Numbered from the stretch's first letter, positions 41,065-54,560 are shown. The stretch is DNA of 64,000 bases from Chrysomallon squamiferum (GCA_012295275.1 CM022667.1:3844001-3908000); one strand, 5' to 3'. Notes: generated by a model from the sequence alone, not told the origin. Numbers and translations are program-made.

Positions 41065-41945
41065 TAAATTTATAGTGAGTTACAAAACAATAAATCACCA
41101 TTAATTCTTAATTTAAATCAAGAGGACATGATGTTGCCAATAAAAATAACTCCTTGATGTTTTATTATGAGACATAAATAAGATGTTTTTAATTACAACA
41201 ACAAACTAAATACAACAACAACAGCAGAAATAAAAAATCAGACAAATATGTTATGATGAGAAGAATTATCTAGATATTTACTGACATATTGAACTTGTAT
41301 ATATATATATATATATATGTCCGCTTTGAAAAATGTTTCTTTCAAGTAAATCAAGTAAAATAGGATAGAATGAATTTCCGGAAGGTTTTGAATTTTGTTT
41401 TTCAAAAGTTCAAAAGATTCCGGAAATTCCGTCTATCCTATTTAAGCAGTTTGTTTCATTGTTAACAGTTAGCTCTGTAGGTTATCTGTCATCTTCTTTA
41501 GGTTTAGCAATAACATTTAAAAAAAAAAATTCATTGCAAATAAGAAGCTTTAATTTATCAATAAAAATTGTGTCTTTTTCAAATTATTTAGTAATAAAAT
41601 GAAAATTTGATATGCAAAAACCAAAAATGAATGTACTTCAAATTATTTAGCAACAAAATGAAAATATAATTCTAAAAACAAAAAAAAATGAAGCTATTTC
41701 AAATTGTGTAGTAATAAAAATGTTTCTGTAATAACACCTGTGCAAAATTATTTACATATCTGTTAGTAATAAACTGATCCCAGGTAAGAAAATTTGAACA
41801 GTTTCTTTAACGAATCATAAATCTGTAAAATGTGATTTAATTAAGGGGACATAAAATTGCTAGAACAGAAACTCTATCTCTGTATCCCCTCTCTCATTCT
41901 CTGTATCTGTTTCACTTTCTCTCTTTATCATGTTCTTTTGTTTTG

Positions 41946-42022
<77 letters not shown>

Positions 42023-43672
42023 CCCCCCTTCTCTTCCCTTGTATTCTCCTCCTTCCCTCTACCCTCACCTTCCCCCTTTCCCTCCTCTATCTCTGTCACT
42101 CTGTCTCTAAGTCTCTTTCTGCTTAGAAATTTTCAGACTTAAATTGAATTCCTGAAATAAAATAGCTAAATATATTGCAGAGATCCTTACCATACATGTT
42201 CTCCATGCTTGTCTTTTCACACATATGTTGGCAACTAATAAGGAAGAACAGTATGTCATTTCATTAAAAGCACAGTGTGAATAGTGTTTGAACCCCATTA
42301 CAGTAATTACCATTGGGTTTTTAAAATTTATTTTTACTGTCTATTTTATTTAACATTTATTACTGCTCATTTGTAGGTATACTGCAGTATGTTTATGTAA
42401 GTTAAGTGATGAAAGTATGTATCTCTGGAATGTATCTATACTATTTACAATAATTCCACTTACTGGTTGTTAAATTATTAATCCTGTTTTCAGGGTACCT
42501 GATGACAGTGAAGAATCAAGACTCTGTGTATTCAAAAGAATTGTTAACATTTTTATTTCAAAAGTAGCCGATAGATACTGCTTCCTGTAAAGTTTAAAAA
42601 GCTGCAGATTCATAGATATTATTAATATTTGTATTTTAAAGTTTATATTTTGTAAAAATGTAAAACTGATGATGATGATGATGATGATGATGATGGTGAT
42701 AATAGTAATAGTAATACTAACAGTAATAATAATCATTATAATTTATAATTTATAATAATAATAATTAAAAATGAATCTACTGTTTATCTTAGAATGCATT
42801 CATTATCTCTCTAATCTGGAAGTTGTGATGAGCCTGACATACTAAGTGTATTTTCTAGCTTAATTTTTAAATTATTTGTTGTAATGTTTACATAAAAAGT
42901 CACTTTACACCAGTTTCCAAGGGTTGAATGGCCTGATGCAGCTCAGCATAGGTTCTTTGTGAACTCATAGGAGAACACTGATATCTTAGAAAATTATATA
43001 TATATACACATACATATATATTACATATTAATATTAATTTAGAATTTTTATATTTGGTTTTGTGTCTGAGTGTGAGTGTGTGAGTATGTGAGTGTTTCTG
43101 TGTATGTGTTTGTGTGTACAACATGTAATATATAAAAAGAAAACAAAAGTTTATATTCAACTTTCTACTTAGCACCAAGTATCTTTAATTGCATACCTAC
43201 CCACAGAAAGGAATAAAATAACATTATATATATTTTTAAACAGCAGTAGTCAATCTCAGGGTGGAACTGAAAATATTGGTGATCTTGAATGAAGAGTTCA
43301 GATTTGTTTTTCGCCGAGAATTGTAATTAATTTCGTTTTCATTGAACATTTTTTTAACTCAAAATAAATTACAGGTACACCTATATTTTATCAAATATGT
43401 TACAGTCTTGAATTCTTGAGATGTTCAAGGCTGTTGCTAATATTGTTAGAATATTTTACTTCATTACAACTGTACTGCGGTCAATACACTTTTCTCCCTG
43501 TAGTGCCAGATCCAACCCTGGACCTAGGTCACTGATGGTAATTACTGAATAGTGAGAACCATCCTTAGTACATACATTACATCCAGGAGCCTGGTGCTCC
43601 AATTTATTATAATTATTATTATTGTTTATTATTTTTTTTATATGTCTGTGTAAGTGTGTGTGTGTGTGTATC

Positions 43673-43748
<76 letters not shown>

Positions 43749-43775
43749 TGTGTGTGTAAGTATATATGTCTGTGT

Positions 43776-43810
<35 letters not shown>

Positions 43811-44104
43811 AGAGAGAGAGAGAGAGTGTGTGTGTGTAAGTATATATGTCTGTGTAAGTGGATTGTATAAGTGCATGGTGTATATGTGTGTATTTTATAG
43901 GAAAAAACCTAATAAATAAATAAATAAAATAAAAAGTTTTAATTAAATTTGTTTCTTTATTAACAGAACACCATTCTTTTTCTGTTATGGTGGAAAATAA
44001 ATTTTGAAAATTATTATTGTAACAAAAAAAAGGGATAGTAAATCAGAGGTGTTTTTACAAAAAACAATTCACCTAAATATATTAACTGCAAAAAAAGAAA
44101 GAAA

Positions 44105-44136
<32 letters not shown>

Positions 44137-44387
44137 AATGGGTGCGTACATGCTTTCATTTGTTTGTTTGTTTGTCCCAGAAAGTGTAATTTCCTCCTGC
44201 CAAGCTGGCTTAAGAATCAAACTGAGAGACATATAAAGCACAGGAGATATCCTTTTTTCATTCAGTTTTCAGTTATTACAGAAACTAAATCAATGGAAAC
44301 CTTTTTCTCAGTTATATCAGGTAAACTTTTTCTTTGTTCATTTCAACATTTTCTAATACTGTTTATATATATATATATTATATATAT

Positions 44388-44418
<31 letters not shown>

Positions 44419-45437
44419 GAGACGACAGTGTGGGTAAAAAGTTCCTCTTTTTTTCTGTATAGTTATATCTTTTTTCAGTATGCTTTTTAATTTAATTATT
44501 TATCATTAAATGTTTAAAAATTGTATTTATTGTTAAGAATCTTTTTTATTTATTGTATTTTTTTAAAGTTGTTTTTTTGCTGCAAACTCAACAAAAATAA
44601 AGAAATCGAACAAAAGAAAAAGATAAAAAGAAACAAATGAAAAGAAACAAATAATTAATCAATGGAAATTAAACCATACATGATGAAATTATCATAAGAA
44701 AAATAATATTTTAAAGAGATGAAATAATAACTGTTATTATTCATATTATTTACTTATAGTTTTTAAATTTTTATATTTTTCTTGCATACATTCTTCAATC
44801 AATAATTATATCAAATTTGATGTGATGAAGTGCTGTGTAATAAATAAATAAATAGGTTGAAAACATTTGCTGTATTTTACCACCTTTTATATGTTTATTA
44901 CTTTATTTGTCTGATCTTTTGAACAGTTATTAATGAATTATTTCTATAAGTTGCGCCATTTTGCTCACAGACTGAATAGCAGCAGTTGGCATGTAATGAT
45001 CTTAGGCTAAATAGAACTTACTGCAGGACAAAAGACTAAAAACATTTTTCACAGTTTGGTCAGAAATATTAATAATTCCTGACAATGTAACTTTTGGAAA
45101 AAAAGTATTAGCCATTTAGACATAGCTTGAGGCTATGTGATAATAAAATGTTTATAAGGTCTCGCTTTCTCTCTCTTTTTTTGTTTTTCATTTTCCAATC
45201 CTCCACTACATTCAAAACCATTCTTTATTGTGGTTCTCACCAGTTTTCTGTGTGAGTGATAAAAAAAAAAAAAAAAAAAATAGACTTTACAGGAAATGAT
45301 TGACTGTTTCAGGCACTAGGCATGATGACTGCTTTCACAGACTGAATGTAAAACACACAGACACACAGATACATTTATTCGTGACATGGAAATAGCTTTG
45401 TTTTAAAAATAATTTTGTTGTTGTTTTTGTTTTTCAG

Positions 45438-45655
45438 GCATGAATGGTGCTCATTCTCCCCTGAGCAGCATCAACGGGCGCACGCCTTCGCCCCCTCTCA
45501 AGATAAACACCGCAATCGGCCAGCAACTACCTCCAGCATGTGGTGCTCGGCAACTGAGCAAGTTGAAGCGTTTTCTCACAACGCTGCAGCAGTTTGGCTC
45601 CGACATCTCACCCGAAATTGGAGACAGAGTGAGGACTTTAGTCTTGGGGCTTGTT
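45438..45655 (+). CDS. CBFA2T/nvy: MTG/nervy exon, start of NHR1 (TAFH): [45 protein letters not shown]
   Basis: Near-identical to MTG8 NHR1; ttttcag acceptor, GTT|gtaagt donor (phase 0). Confidence 0.97.
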
Positions 45656-45994
45656 GTAAGTTATGATTTTTCTCTCTGTAATTTTAATTCTTCATTTTTG
45701 AAGTTAGTTAAAATCGCTATTTGTAATAAATAATCTTCAGTTTTGAAAATCTATTGTTAGTTATAATTTTATCTATTGGTAATGTATATTCTTCATCACT
45801 GAAAATGTAATTCTGCTGTTGTTGTTAGTTATATTGTAATTATAATTGTTGTAGTTGCAGAAGTAAGCTGCAACAGTAGAAGTATTATTAGTAGCTGTAA
45901 CTACAGAAATAACTGACTGGAAATAGTCTCTTGTACAAATTTTGTCTGTTAACAGGCCCATCCCCTAAAAAAAGCTTTATATGTAGACTAATTT

Positions 45995-46092
45995 AACTGC
46001 CATAGTAATGGTTATAGTGATTGCAAATGCAGCAGTAGTTATAACTGTAACAGTAATATTAGTATTAATAGTAATAGTAGTTGTAATGGTAA

Positions 46093-46131
<39 letters not shown>

Positions 46132-46465
46132 AAACAATGGTGTATGTGGTAGTAGAAATAGTAGAAACAGTAATATCTAGTAGTAGAAGTAGCAGCAGCA
46201 ATAGGTTTAGTAGTAGTACAGTAGTAAATAATAGCTATAGTAGTAATAGCAGAGTTGTAGTAGTAGTAATAGCCATAGTAGTAGCACAACAGTAGTAGAA
46301 ATACATTAGTAGTAGTAGTAGTAGTAGTCATAATATTAGTTGGTGCAGTAGTAATAGTAATAGTAGTATAATGGTAGTAGTAGAAGTAGTGGTAGTAGTA
46401 GTAACAACAGTAGTACAACAGTAGTATTAGCTGTAGTAGTAGTAACAGTAGTAGTAGTAGTATGA
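45995..46465. repeat. Degenerate (AGT)n microsatellite in an MTG intron
   Basis: Direct inspection. Confidence 0.9.
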
Positions 46466-46724
46466 AGAGTTTCTATTAACTATTAGAATTGTGCAGCAGT
46501 TGTTTTGGATGTAAGCAACATAAAAAGAGAAGTTAATGCCCTTAAAAATGGGCTGTCTCACAGTTTGATTACCAGCCTACAATGGAATTTTTGTGTTAAA
46601 TATCCAGTTTGATTTGAGATATTTTTAGTAATTAGTATGAAGAATGATTAAAACATCATTAAATAGAGAAAAAGATTAAAAAAAAAAAAAAAAAAAAATT
46701 ACAATAATTTTTCCTTATTTTCAG

Positions 46725-46814
46725 AATTCTCATCTTTCTATTGAGGAGTTCCATGCTAAGCTGCAGGAAGCTACCAACTTCCCACTTAGACCTTTTGTAA
46801 TTCCATTTCTTAAG
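46725..46814 (+). CDS. CBFA2T/nvy: MTG/nervy exon, NHR1: [30 protein letters not shown]
   Basis: Hand translation, absent from ORF track; 90 nt, phase 0/0, tttcag / AAG|gtaggt. Confidence 0.97.
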
Positions 46815-47227
46815 GTAGGTCCACACCATTAGTCTTAAATTCATTTTAGTTACTAGGAGAGAGAGAGAGATCGAAAGGTAGGTGGGCAGTAGAAATACTG
46901 AGAGAGAGGGTAGAAAGTTTATCCATTTTTTTAACCCTTTATGTAAGGAGATTTTAATTGTGAGGATTATTTAGAGCATGTCTCTGTCATAAATTGCTCA
47001 TTGAATGATGATGTGGAAAAGGAAAACAGCAGACATCGGGCCGTATCTTATTTTTAATCAGTTTTACTCAATTTTACCATCAGTTTTACACAGAGAAAAG
47101 AATAATATGAGAGATTTATGTGTTGTAGTTATTTGTTTTAATAAGTGTTTTATGAAATTTTTAAATTTATTTAAAAAATACTCTTTCCATTTACAAAATT
47201 TCATTAACACGTATTTGGATTCTTCAG

Positions 47228-47409
47228 GCCAATCTACCACTACTTCAACGTGAACTTCTACACTGCGCACGCATGGCGAAGCAGACACCACAACAGTTTC
47301 TAGCACACAATGAGCATGTCATCTTCGACCCTGCAAACTCACCCCTCGAATCTCAAGATTCAGTTTCATCTGATCTCAATGAAAATGGCAAACGCAGATC
47401 TCCTGATAG
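47228..47409 (+). CDS. CBFA2T/nvy: MTG/nervy exon, end of NHR1 plus basic NLS-like segment: [19 protein letters not shown]...[11 protein letters not shown]
   Basis: Hand translation; cttcag acceptor, TAG|gtataa donor (phase 2); matches MTG8 [15 protein letters not shown] and NENGKRRTPDR. Confidence 0.96.
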
Positions 47410-47700
47410 GTATAAACCTATAATTTTAAAAATGTTTTATTAATTTTGTAAAATGTTTGTTTGTTTGATTTTTTTTGATTTATTTACTTATTTGTATGTT
47501 TTTAATATATCAATGTTCTCTTTTTAACTACTTCTTTTTCTGTTAGCTGTTCATTTTAAATTAATTTCACTAAATTAATTTTATTTATTTATTTATTGAC
47601 CGATTGTTGAATGATTTTTTTTTTTTTTTTTTAATTGTCATATTTAGTTAACTATTTTTGACTAATTTTTTATACAAGATTATGTTTGTAAATTGTTCAG

Positions 47701-47954
47701 ACCTAAAGAAAACGGCATTGATACCCACATGGATTCCCTTCACCCTGCTAAACGACATCACCCTATGAGTCCCCTGGGCAGCACTAGAGTGAGCCCGAAT
47801 GGTACTTTGAACATCAACGCTGGGGGTCCCATTAGGCTGGAGGATATCAGTCTCTCCAGGGAAATTCGAGAAAGAGAAAGACTGGAAAGAGAAAGAATAG
47901 AAAGAGAACGATTAGAGCGCGAAAGAGACCGAGACAGACATTTCTCTGGATATG
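47701..47954 (+). CDS. CBFA2T/nvy: MTG/nervy exon, linker with HPAKRH and an Arg/Glu-rich tract
   Basis: gttcag acceptor, ATG|gtaagt donor; phase 2 in and phase 1 out keep the frame. Confidence 0.93.
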
Positions 47955-48234
47955 GTAAGTTAATGCTTGATGGATAATTCAGTTATTGGATATTAATAGT
48001 TCATGAAATAATGATTAAAATAAAAATAAAATATAAGTGAGATAAAAAAACCCCAAAAAACAGATAGCAATATTATTTTATTTTATTTTGTATTTCCTGG
48101 TTTTCAAAATATATAATTTTCAGTTTGATCTATGTTTGACTCTAGTCCTTTTATTTATCATTCTTATTTTTAAAAAAAGAAATTTGTGTATCTTTATCAG
48201 AGTTCACTTAATATCGGTTAGCATGTATTTTCAG

Positions 48235-48302
48235 CTTACTCAAGATCCGATTCATTTGATCCTCTAGAAAGACTTGACGATGACTGGAGACATGTTGAAA
48301 CT
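48235..48302 (+). CDS. CBFA2T/nvy: MTG/nervy exon, start of NHR2: (A)YSRSDSFDPLERLDDDWRHVET
   Basis: ttttcag acceptor, ACT|gtaagt donor; DDWRHV aligns with MTG EEWKHL. Confidence 0.92.
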
Positions 48303-48421
48303 GTAAGTGTATTATTAGTATCACTACCAATGCCATATTTTTATCAAATTAATTGTTATAATTATTTTTATTATTATTATCATTAACATTATTATTATCA
48401 TCATCATCATCATCATCATCA

Positions 48422-48467
<46 letters not shown>

Positions 48468-48811
48468 CATGATGATGATCATCATCATCATCATGTTTAT
48501 TATTAAAATTTAACTTCTGAATATTAAAATGTGTAACATATTCAATATATTATTTTGTACTGATTTACATTATTTGTTTTAAAACTGTTGATTAAAGGTT
48601 TAACACTATTATTATTTATTATTTTTTTATATATATATATATTTTTTAATAACATATGTATACTTACATTTTAAACTGAGAATTAAATTATTTAATTTTA
48701 GTAACACTATATTTTAACTTCCGAATAAATATATACACACACTCTCTCTCTCTCTCTCTCTCTCTATATGTATATATATATATATATATATATTATTTTT
48801 AAATATTTCAG

Positions 48812-49025
48812 ATGTTGAACTGTATAATTGGGATGGTTGACAAAACAAAGCGAGCACTGTCAGTTCTACAAGAAAGAAGTATACGTGACCGCGAGGAGCT
48901 GTCAGTGTGGATGCGACGTCACGCCGAAGGCATGGATCAGGATGTGAAGAAAAGAACTAGTGATGTGATGGCTTACACAATGAGACAGACGGAGGACAGA
49001 GTCAATGAAGTCAGGCGTCGTGCAG
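48812..49025 (+). CDS. CBFA2T/nvy: MTG/nervy exon, NHR2 oligomerisation helix MLNCIIGMVDKTKRALSVLQERS...RRRA
   Basis: tttcag acceptor, CAG|gtatgt donor; matches MTG LLNCIMDMVEKTRRSLTVL. Confidence 0.96.
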
Positions 49026-49063
49026 GTATGTCTGTGTGTCTGTCAACACATTTGTTTTATTCA

Positions 49064-49138
49064 TCTTAACATAATTGTTTTATTAATCTTAACATAATTG
49101 TTTTATTAATCTTAACATAATTGTTTTATTGATCTTAA
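49064..49138. repeat. 23-bp unit in three copies (tcttaacataattgttttattaa)
   Basis: Direct inspection. Confidence 0.9.
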
Positions 49139-49193
49139 CTTTTATAAGTTGTAGGGATGTCTGTACGTAAATGTTTAATGGGTGTGTTGCTGA

Positions 49194-49227
<34 letters not shown>

Positions 49228-49315
49228 GTGTGTCTGTAAAATATAAACTTTTAAAATGATTCATTTCATAAATAAAGGTAATGTTTTTCAAAATGTCTCT
49301 TCGCCATTTTTACAG

Positions 49316-49506
49316 AAGAAGCAGTTAATGAGGTGAAGCGCCAGGCAATGTTGGAACTGCAGAAAGCCGTAAGCGCTGCTGAACAGAAAGCCAACGAAGT
49401 GATCTCAGCGGAGAGGATGAAAATGGACAAGACTATCAATGAGGTGAAAAAACAGTCAAAGGACGAAACACTCGCCATTATTAATCATCAGGAAGAATCC
49501 AGTGAG
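49316..49506 (+). CDS. CBFA2T/nvy: MTG/nervy exon, NHR3: [26 protein letters not shown]...INHQEESSE
   Basis: tttacag acceptor, GAG|gtacaa donor; matches MTG NHR3. Confidence 0.96.
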
Positions 49507-49733
49507 GTACAAGTTTACAGAGGGTGGAATAAACATATACACCTCCTTTATAGTTTTTTTTTAAATTTTAAATAATATATATATGTAAAATTTAAATTAT
49601 AATAGAAAGAGAGAGAGAGCTAATACATTTATTCTTAATTTCTGAAGATGCAGAAATGCTACAGAGTTTTAAAAAGTTACAATAAAAAGGCTTATATATT
49701 ATTTAAAATTTTAAAAATCATATATGTGTGTGT

Positions 49734-49770
<37 letters not shown>

Positions 49771-50430
49771 AAAATAAAATGTAATAGGGAGAGAGAGAGG
49801 TATTTCTGAAGATGTAAAAATGCTATAAAGTTAAAAGTTATATATATAATTTAAATTATAATAGAGATAGAGCTAATACATGTATTCTTAATTTCTGAAT
49901 TTGTATAAATGCTATAGAGTAATATAAAGAGTTATATAAATTAAATTCTTATGGTTAAAAGACATACATATTTTATAAAAAAAATAATTTAAAAAAGAAA
50001 AAAGAAAAAGTTTCAGTTGCTGGAAATAATGAATAGTTACCTCCCTTTAAGAGAGGTTTCGAAAGAAATGAGAAAGCAATTCAGTAATAAAATTATATGG
50101 AATTAGAAAGTTACAATTTCATACACAAAAATCAACCTTTATCTCTAAAAAGTCTTGACATTATATTTTCTTTTAATATTCAGAAGTTAAACATAGTAGT
50201 AGTAGTAGTAGAAGTAGTAGTAGTAGCAATGATAATCCAATCTTTATTGTAATAAGAAATATATAATAAAAACTGTCCATCAAATCAAATCACAGAAACA
50301 TTAAAACTGACAAGAAATAAATGAAAATAATAAAAATAATATATTACAATAACAGAAATTTTAAAACAAAACAGAAACAGATAACGAGAATTGATGTGAA
50401 AATAACAGAAATATTTTGTTTGTGTTGCAG

Positions 50431-50796
50431 AGCTGCTGGAACTGTGGTAGAAAGGCCAGCGAGACCTGCAGTGGATGCAACATTGCGAGATACTGTGGTT
50501 CATTCTGCCAGCACAAGGACTGGGAGAGTCACCATCATGTGTGTGGGAAAGGCCAAGTGGCCAGCATTGCTGAGGCCCGCGACCAGAGAAAAACAGTGAA
50601 CACTTCGCGGGAACTGCCCTCCAAATCGGACAAAGACAGGGAAATTGTTGTCACTCCCAAGAGTCCACAGCAGCAGCAGCAGCAGCAGCAGACTGAAACA
50701 AATGTGGAAAGTACTGCCATGTGTTCGAGTTCGGTGAAAGCCAGATCACGGTCTAATTCTCCTGAACAGAAAACTGTCCCTGATGCAGCTCGCTAA
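50431..50796 (+). CDS. CBFA2T/nvy: MTG/nervy terminal coding exon, MYND finger (NHR4) [38 protein letters not shown] plus a tail with Q8
   Basis: gttgcag acceptor; diagnostic MYND sequence; TAA at 50794-50796; spliced CDS from 38469 totals 1701 nt. Confidence 0.97.
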   Translation, partial: SCWNCGRKASETCSGCNIARYCGSFCQHKDWESHHHVCGKGQVASIAEARDQRKTVNTSRELPSKSDKDREIVVTPKSPQQQQQQQQTETNVESTAMCSSSVKARSRSNSPEQKTVPDAAR

Positions 50797-53700
50797 AACC
50801 TGTGTCAGTATACGACAGATGGAGGAAAAAAGATAAAAATGAAAAAAGATGAAAAAGAGACATCTTTATCTAAGATATCAGACTCCAGATATATTTTCCA
50901 GCTTTTGCAGAGATTCTTCTTCTTCTTCTTTATTATTATTTTTTTTTTTTCTTCTTCTTGGGGAAACTATTGAAGGTTCTGAAAAATTCCATTTTGTTTC
51001 CTCTCGAATCTAGTCTCTATATTTCAATATTACAGTGATTTGATGTTTTTGGAAAGACAATTGAGGCTCACTACATTTGCTGGTATCCATAGACTCTGAC
51101 TATACGTAGTCTCAGTATATTAATAAAATAATCAAGGCTGTCATAACAGAGTTATGTCCCTTGATTCAAGAACTGCTACCTAAATGTAGTCCTGTTTATT
51201 ACTGACACTCAAAAGAGATGCATCTCTTTTGTTATATATTTTCCTGACTGAATCTAGTCTCTATTTTTACTATAACATTATCAACTTTTGATAGGGCTGC
51301 AAAGACATTATATGCCAGGATATTTCCTTTGATGCTAGATTTCAGTAAGACAATCGAGGCTCAGTTTGCCAGGTTACTTCCCTTCGTTTTAAGATCTGAT
51401 CGCTGCTGCAACACAGATACGATTAGGGTTTGTGACATCGTTATAAAGGTATTTTTTGTTTGTATATTTTTGTATTTTAACTGTCAAAACCTTCAGGGTA
51501 AACAGTGATCTCATTATCATAATGAATGTCAGTAATTTCTTTCACAGCCTGGCTAGGTGTAACTTGAAAACTTTTCAACCACAAAAAGGTCTTGGAATTT
51601 GTATTTATTATTATCAGTCATATTTCAGTAATACAGGAAAATTCAAGACTATATGCTTTTTTTCTTTTCTTCTTTTAAAGTGTCTTGTTGTTGTTGTTAT
51701 TATTATTATTATTATTTTATTTACAACATAATTAATTTTACAACATTAAACAATTTAAAAATTTGTAATTACTAACTCCAGTAGCAAATTTCAATCACAA
51801 AATTATATATTAATAAGTTTGAAACAGATATTAATATTTTTTAAAATGATTATATTTTCTGAACATGTACAATTTTTTTAAAATATAGTTTACATTTAAT
51901 CTTCTTGTTAATGTGGGTTTCCTAATATAAGTTTATTTCTAAAATGATACCGAGTTACTATCAAAAATATAAATATATTTTTCCTGAAGAGTTATTTCCC
52001 CTGAGTGTAGCAGTTATCCTACTTGCATGAAGTGGTTATCCCCCTCAAGTATTTCTCCTACATATAATAAGTTATGGATATTCTTTTTTTTTTCTTTACA
52101 TTTCAGTCAAATTATGTGGTTTGAAATTTGTTCTGACTATATAGTAAAAGTAATATATTTTATTTTCTGTATATTTGGCAAGAACTGTTAGTCATCTGTG
52201 TGAAAGAATGTTTTTTTTTTTTTTTTTTTTTCTTTATCAATGTATATGTATTGTAGGTTAGAAGCCATTGACAGTTCATTATCTCATGTTGTATCAATCA
52301 TCTCATTCAAGCATCATTTGGATAAATGCCTATTTTGTTACTAGACATGTTGTTAAAAATCTGTTTTGTTATTGTTAAGTTTGTAGTCTATTTTTTCTTT
52401 TAAAACATTTTCTTTTTCTACACTTTTTTAGTAGAAATTTCTCAATGATGGTTTTCTAATATATTTATCTAGCTTTATCTTTTATTTTTATTATTATTAT
52501 TTTTTTTTTTTTTTTTTTAAAGGAAGAATTAGCATGATAAATCACAAATATTTTTATTACTTTTCATCTGTTGTTTTTTATTATTATTATTATTATTATT
52601 TACTGGATGTTATTGATCTCGCCTGGTTTTTCAGTAAATTTTCTTACAGTTTTCATGGTTTACAGCAAAAGACTTATGACAATCATGAAAAAGCTAAGAA
52701 AACCAAGCTTACAAAATCAACAATAATTATAAATGTGCTTTAAAATTTAGTTTCTTTAATAAACTTTTACTTTGGGTTATTGGTCTTGGTTCCATAATAA
52801 CGCTAATTTATGCAAATTAAATAAACTTGCATAAATTGGTTGCTGGGTGTTGTTTGTCAATCAATTTGTGTTTGTATTAATTATGAACAGTTGATATTTT
52901 AACCCAACAAAAATTTCTTTTTATTATTTTTACTTTTTTTTTTTTTTAAAGTTTAAAAAAATATTAATAATATATGTGGCAACATTTTATGCCAAAACTT
53001 TCTAGTCATAATGTAAAGTTTTATTATATAATATATTTAAAATAGCAATGTTCTAGCATGTAATCTCTTTCTTTTCAAATGTTAAAAACAAACAGAAGAT
53101 TTGGAAATTCATGCTTAACGTTAAATCTGTATAATAATTTTTAATTGTCAGTATAAAACAGTGGCATACTGAAGAGAGAGCATGAAGGGACAGTTATTGC
53201 ATTCACTGGGTTGATAAAATAATAATAATAAAAAAATAATGACAGGAATAATGACTATAAATTTATCTAATTTATCGTTGCATGGTGATTATTACAGGTA
53301 ACAAAATTTAGGGGCAGTGTAAAAAGAAAAAATACAAATTTACAAAAAAATGTATAAAGGTGGTAAATGCTTATTATGAAGTTGCATTTTTGAAGTAAAA
53401 AATAATTTAAAAATAAACAAATAATGTTCATTTTATATATTCAAAAGAAATATATATATTGTAAAATATTTTACCTCTTTGCAAACCAAAGTATTTTCTG
53501 TTGGTGATAAAATTGTCAGTAATATTACAAAATATTATTAAAGATTTTTAATCCAAGATACCATACTCTGTATTAAATTACAAAATGTTACAACTACTGT
53601 ACAATATAGCAGCACCTTGCAAAAATACCTAGGTTTGAATATATATCCTTTGGAATAATTTTTGAATAAAGCATTGAGTTTAAATTTGTCCCTTAGTGCC

Positions 53701-53931
53701 AGCAGTCCTCAGTATGCCCAGGAGCCGAATGTACCCACAATGTTTTGTCTGTCAGTCTTTCAGATTCACTTTTAGTATATTTATTTCTCAATTCTAAAGG
53801 TAATGACACTTGTGTAAGACTTTTTCTGTTATTTATGTGTCAGATTTGTTTTCTTAAATAATTGTTTTAAAAACTAAATATTGAAATGTCATGATAGTTG
53901 TGTTTTTTTTAAAAATAAAACATTATTTTCA

Positions 53932-53991
<60 letters not shown>

Positions 53992-54499
53992 TTGGGGGTT
54001 TCTTGTTTTTTTTGTTTCTTGTGTTTTAAATGTATTAATCTCAGCTTTACCTAAAGACTAAATTTCAAAATAATTTCTATTTAAAAACAAAACTTAAATC
54101 CCACACATTTCCATTCTTTCATATGACCCACACTGTTGATTAGAAACATATTTATAAATGTTTTATCTCTGCAATGGAAACAGATTGATATTGTAGAAAA
54201 ATATTTTGGATCTTAAACAAATATATAATTTTGATTAAAAATTGAAAGGGAAAAAAAATAAAATGGAATCATAAACATCAGAAAATGTAGTGAAATCATA
54301 AATACAGGGATTAAATAATATAATTATTTCTAGTTTAGGCCATTTTGAGATATGTTTCTAACATTCATGAAACAGTGTTGGTCCATTTTTGTGATTTTTC
54401 TCTCCTTATGTGACAGTGCTTCATGTTTATTGGATGTTCATGATCACGTGACCTAAAGCTTGATGTTAACTGGTCCCTCTCAATCTGACCTCGTCATTA

Positions 54500-54560
54500 C
54501 TGTATTTGTATTGTGTATATTGAATAAATACTCATGATCATAATAACATGTTTTGTTTTA
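54500..54560 (+). terminator. Probable poly(A) signal of the MTG/nervy gene
   Basis: AATAAA at 54523-54528, preceded by repeated TGTA motifs and followed by a GT/T-rich tract; other AATAAA hexamers exist earlier in the UTR. Confidence 0.55.

Noticed and set aside
9700-45240. Scattered RUNX-type TGTGGT motifs
   Set aside because: Not clustered, and expected in TG-rich sequence
116-46418. Many ORFs rich in L/I/Y, CV, HT, ER, SL or V/T runs (e.g. 116-469, 10846-11667, 39413-39946, 46008-46295)
   Set aside because: Translations of (TTA)n, (CA)n, (GA)n, (AGT)n and minisatellites; no domains or splice context
48191-48234. Alternative upstream acceptor tttatcag at 48200
   Set aside because: Introduces an in-frame TAA within four codons
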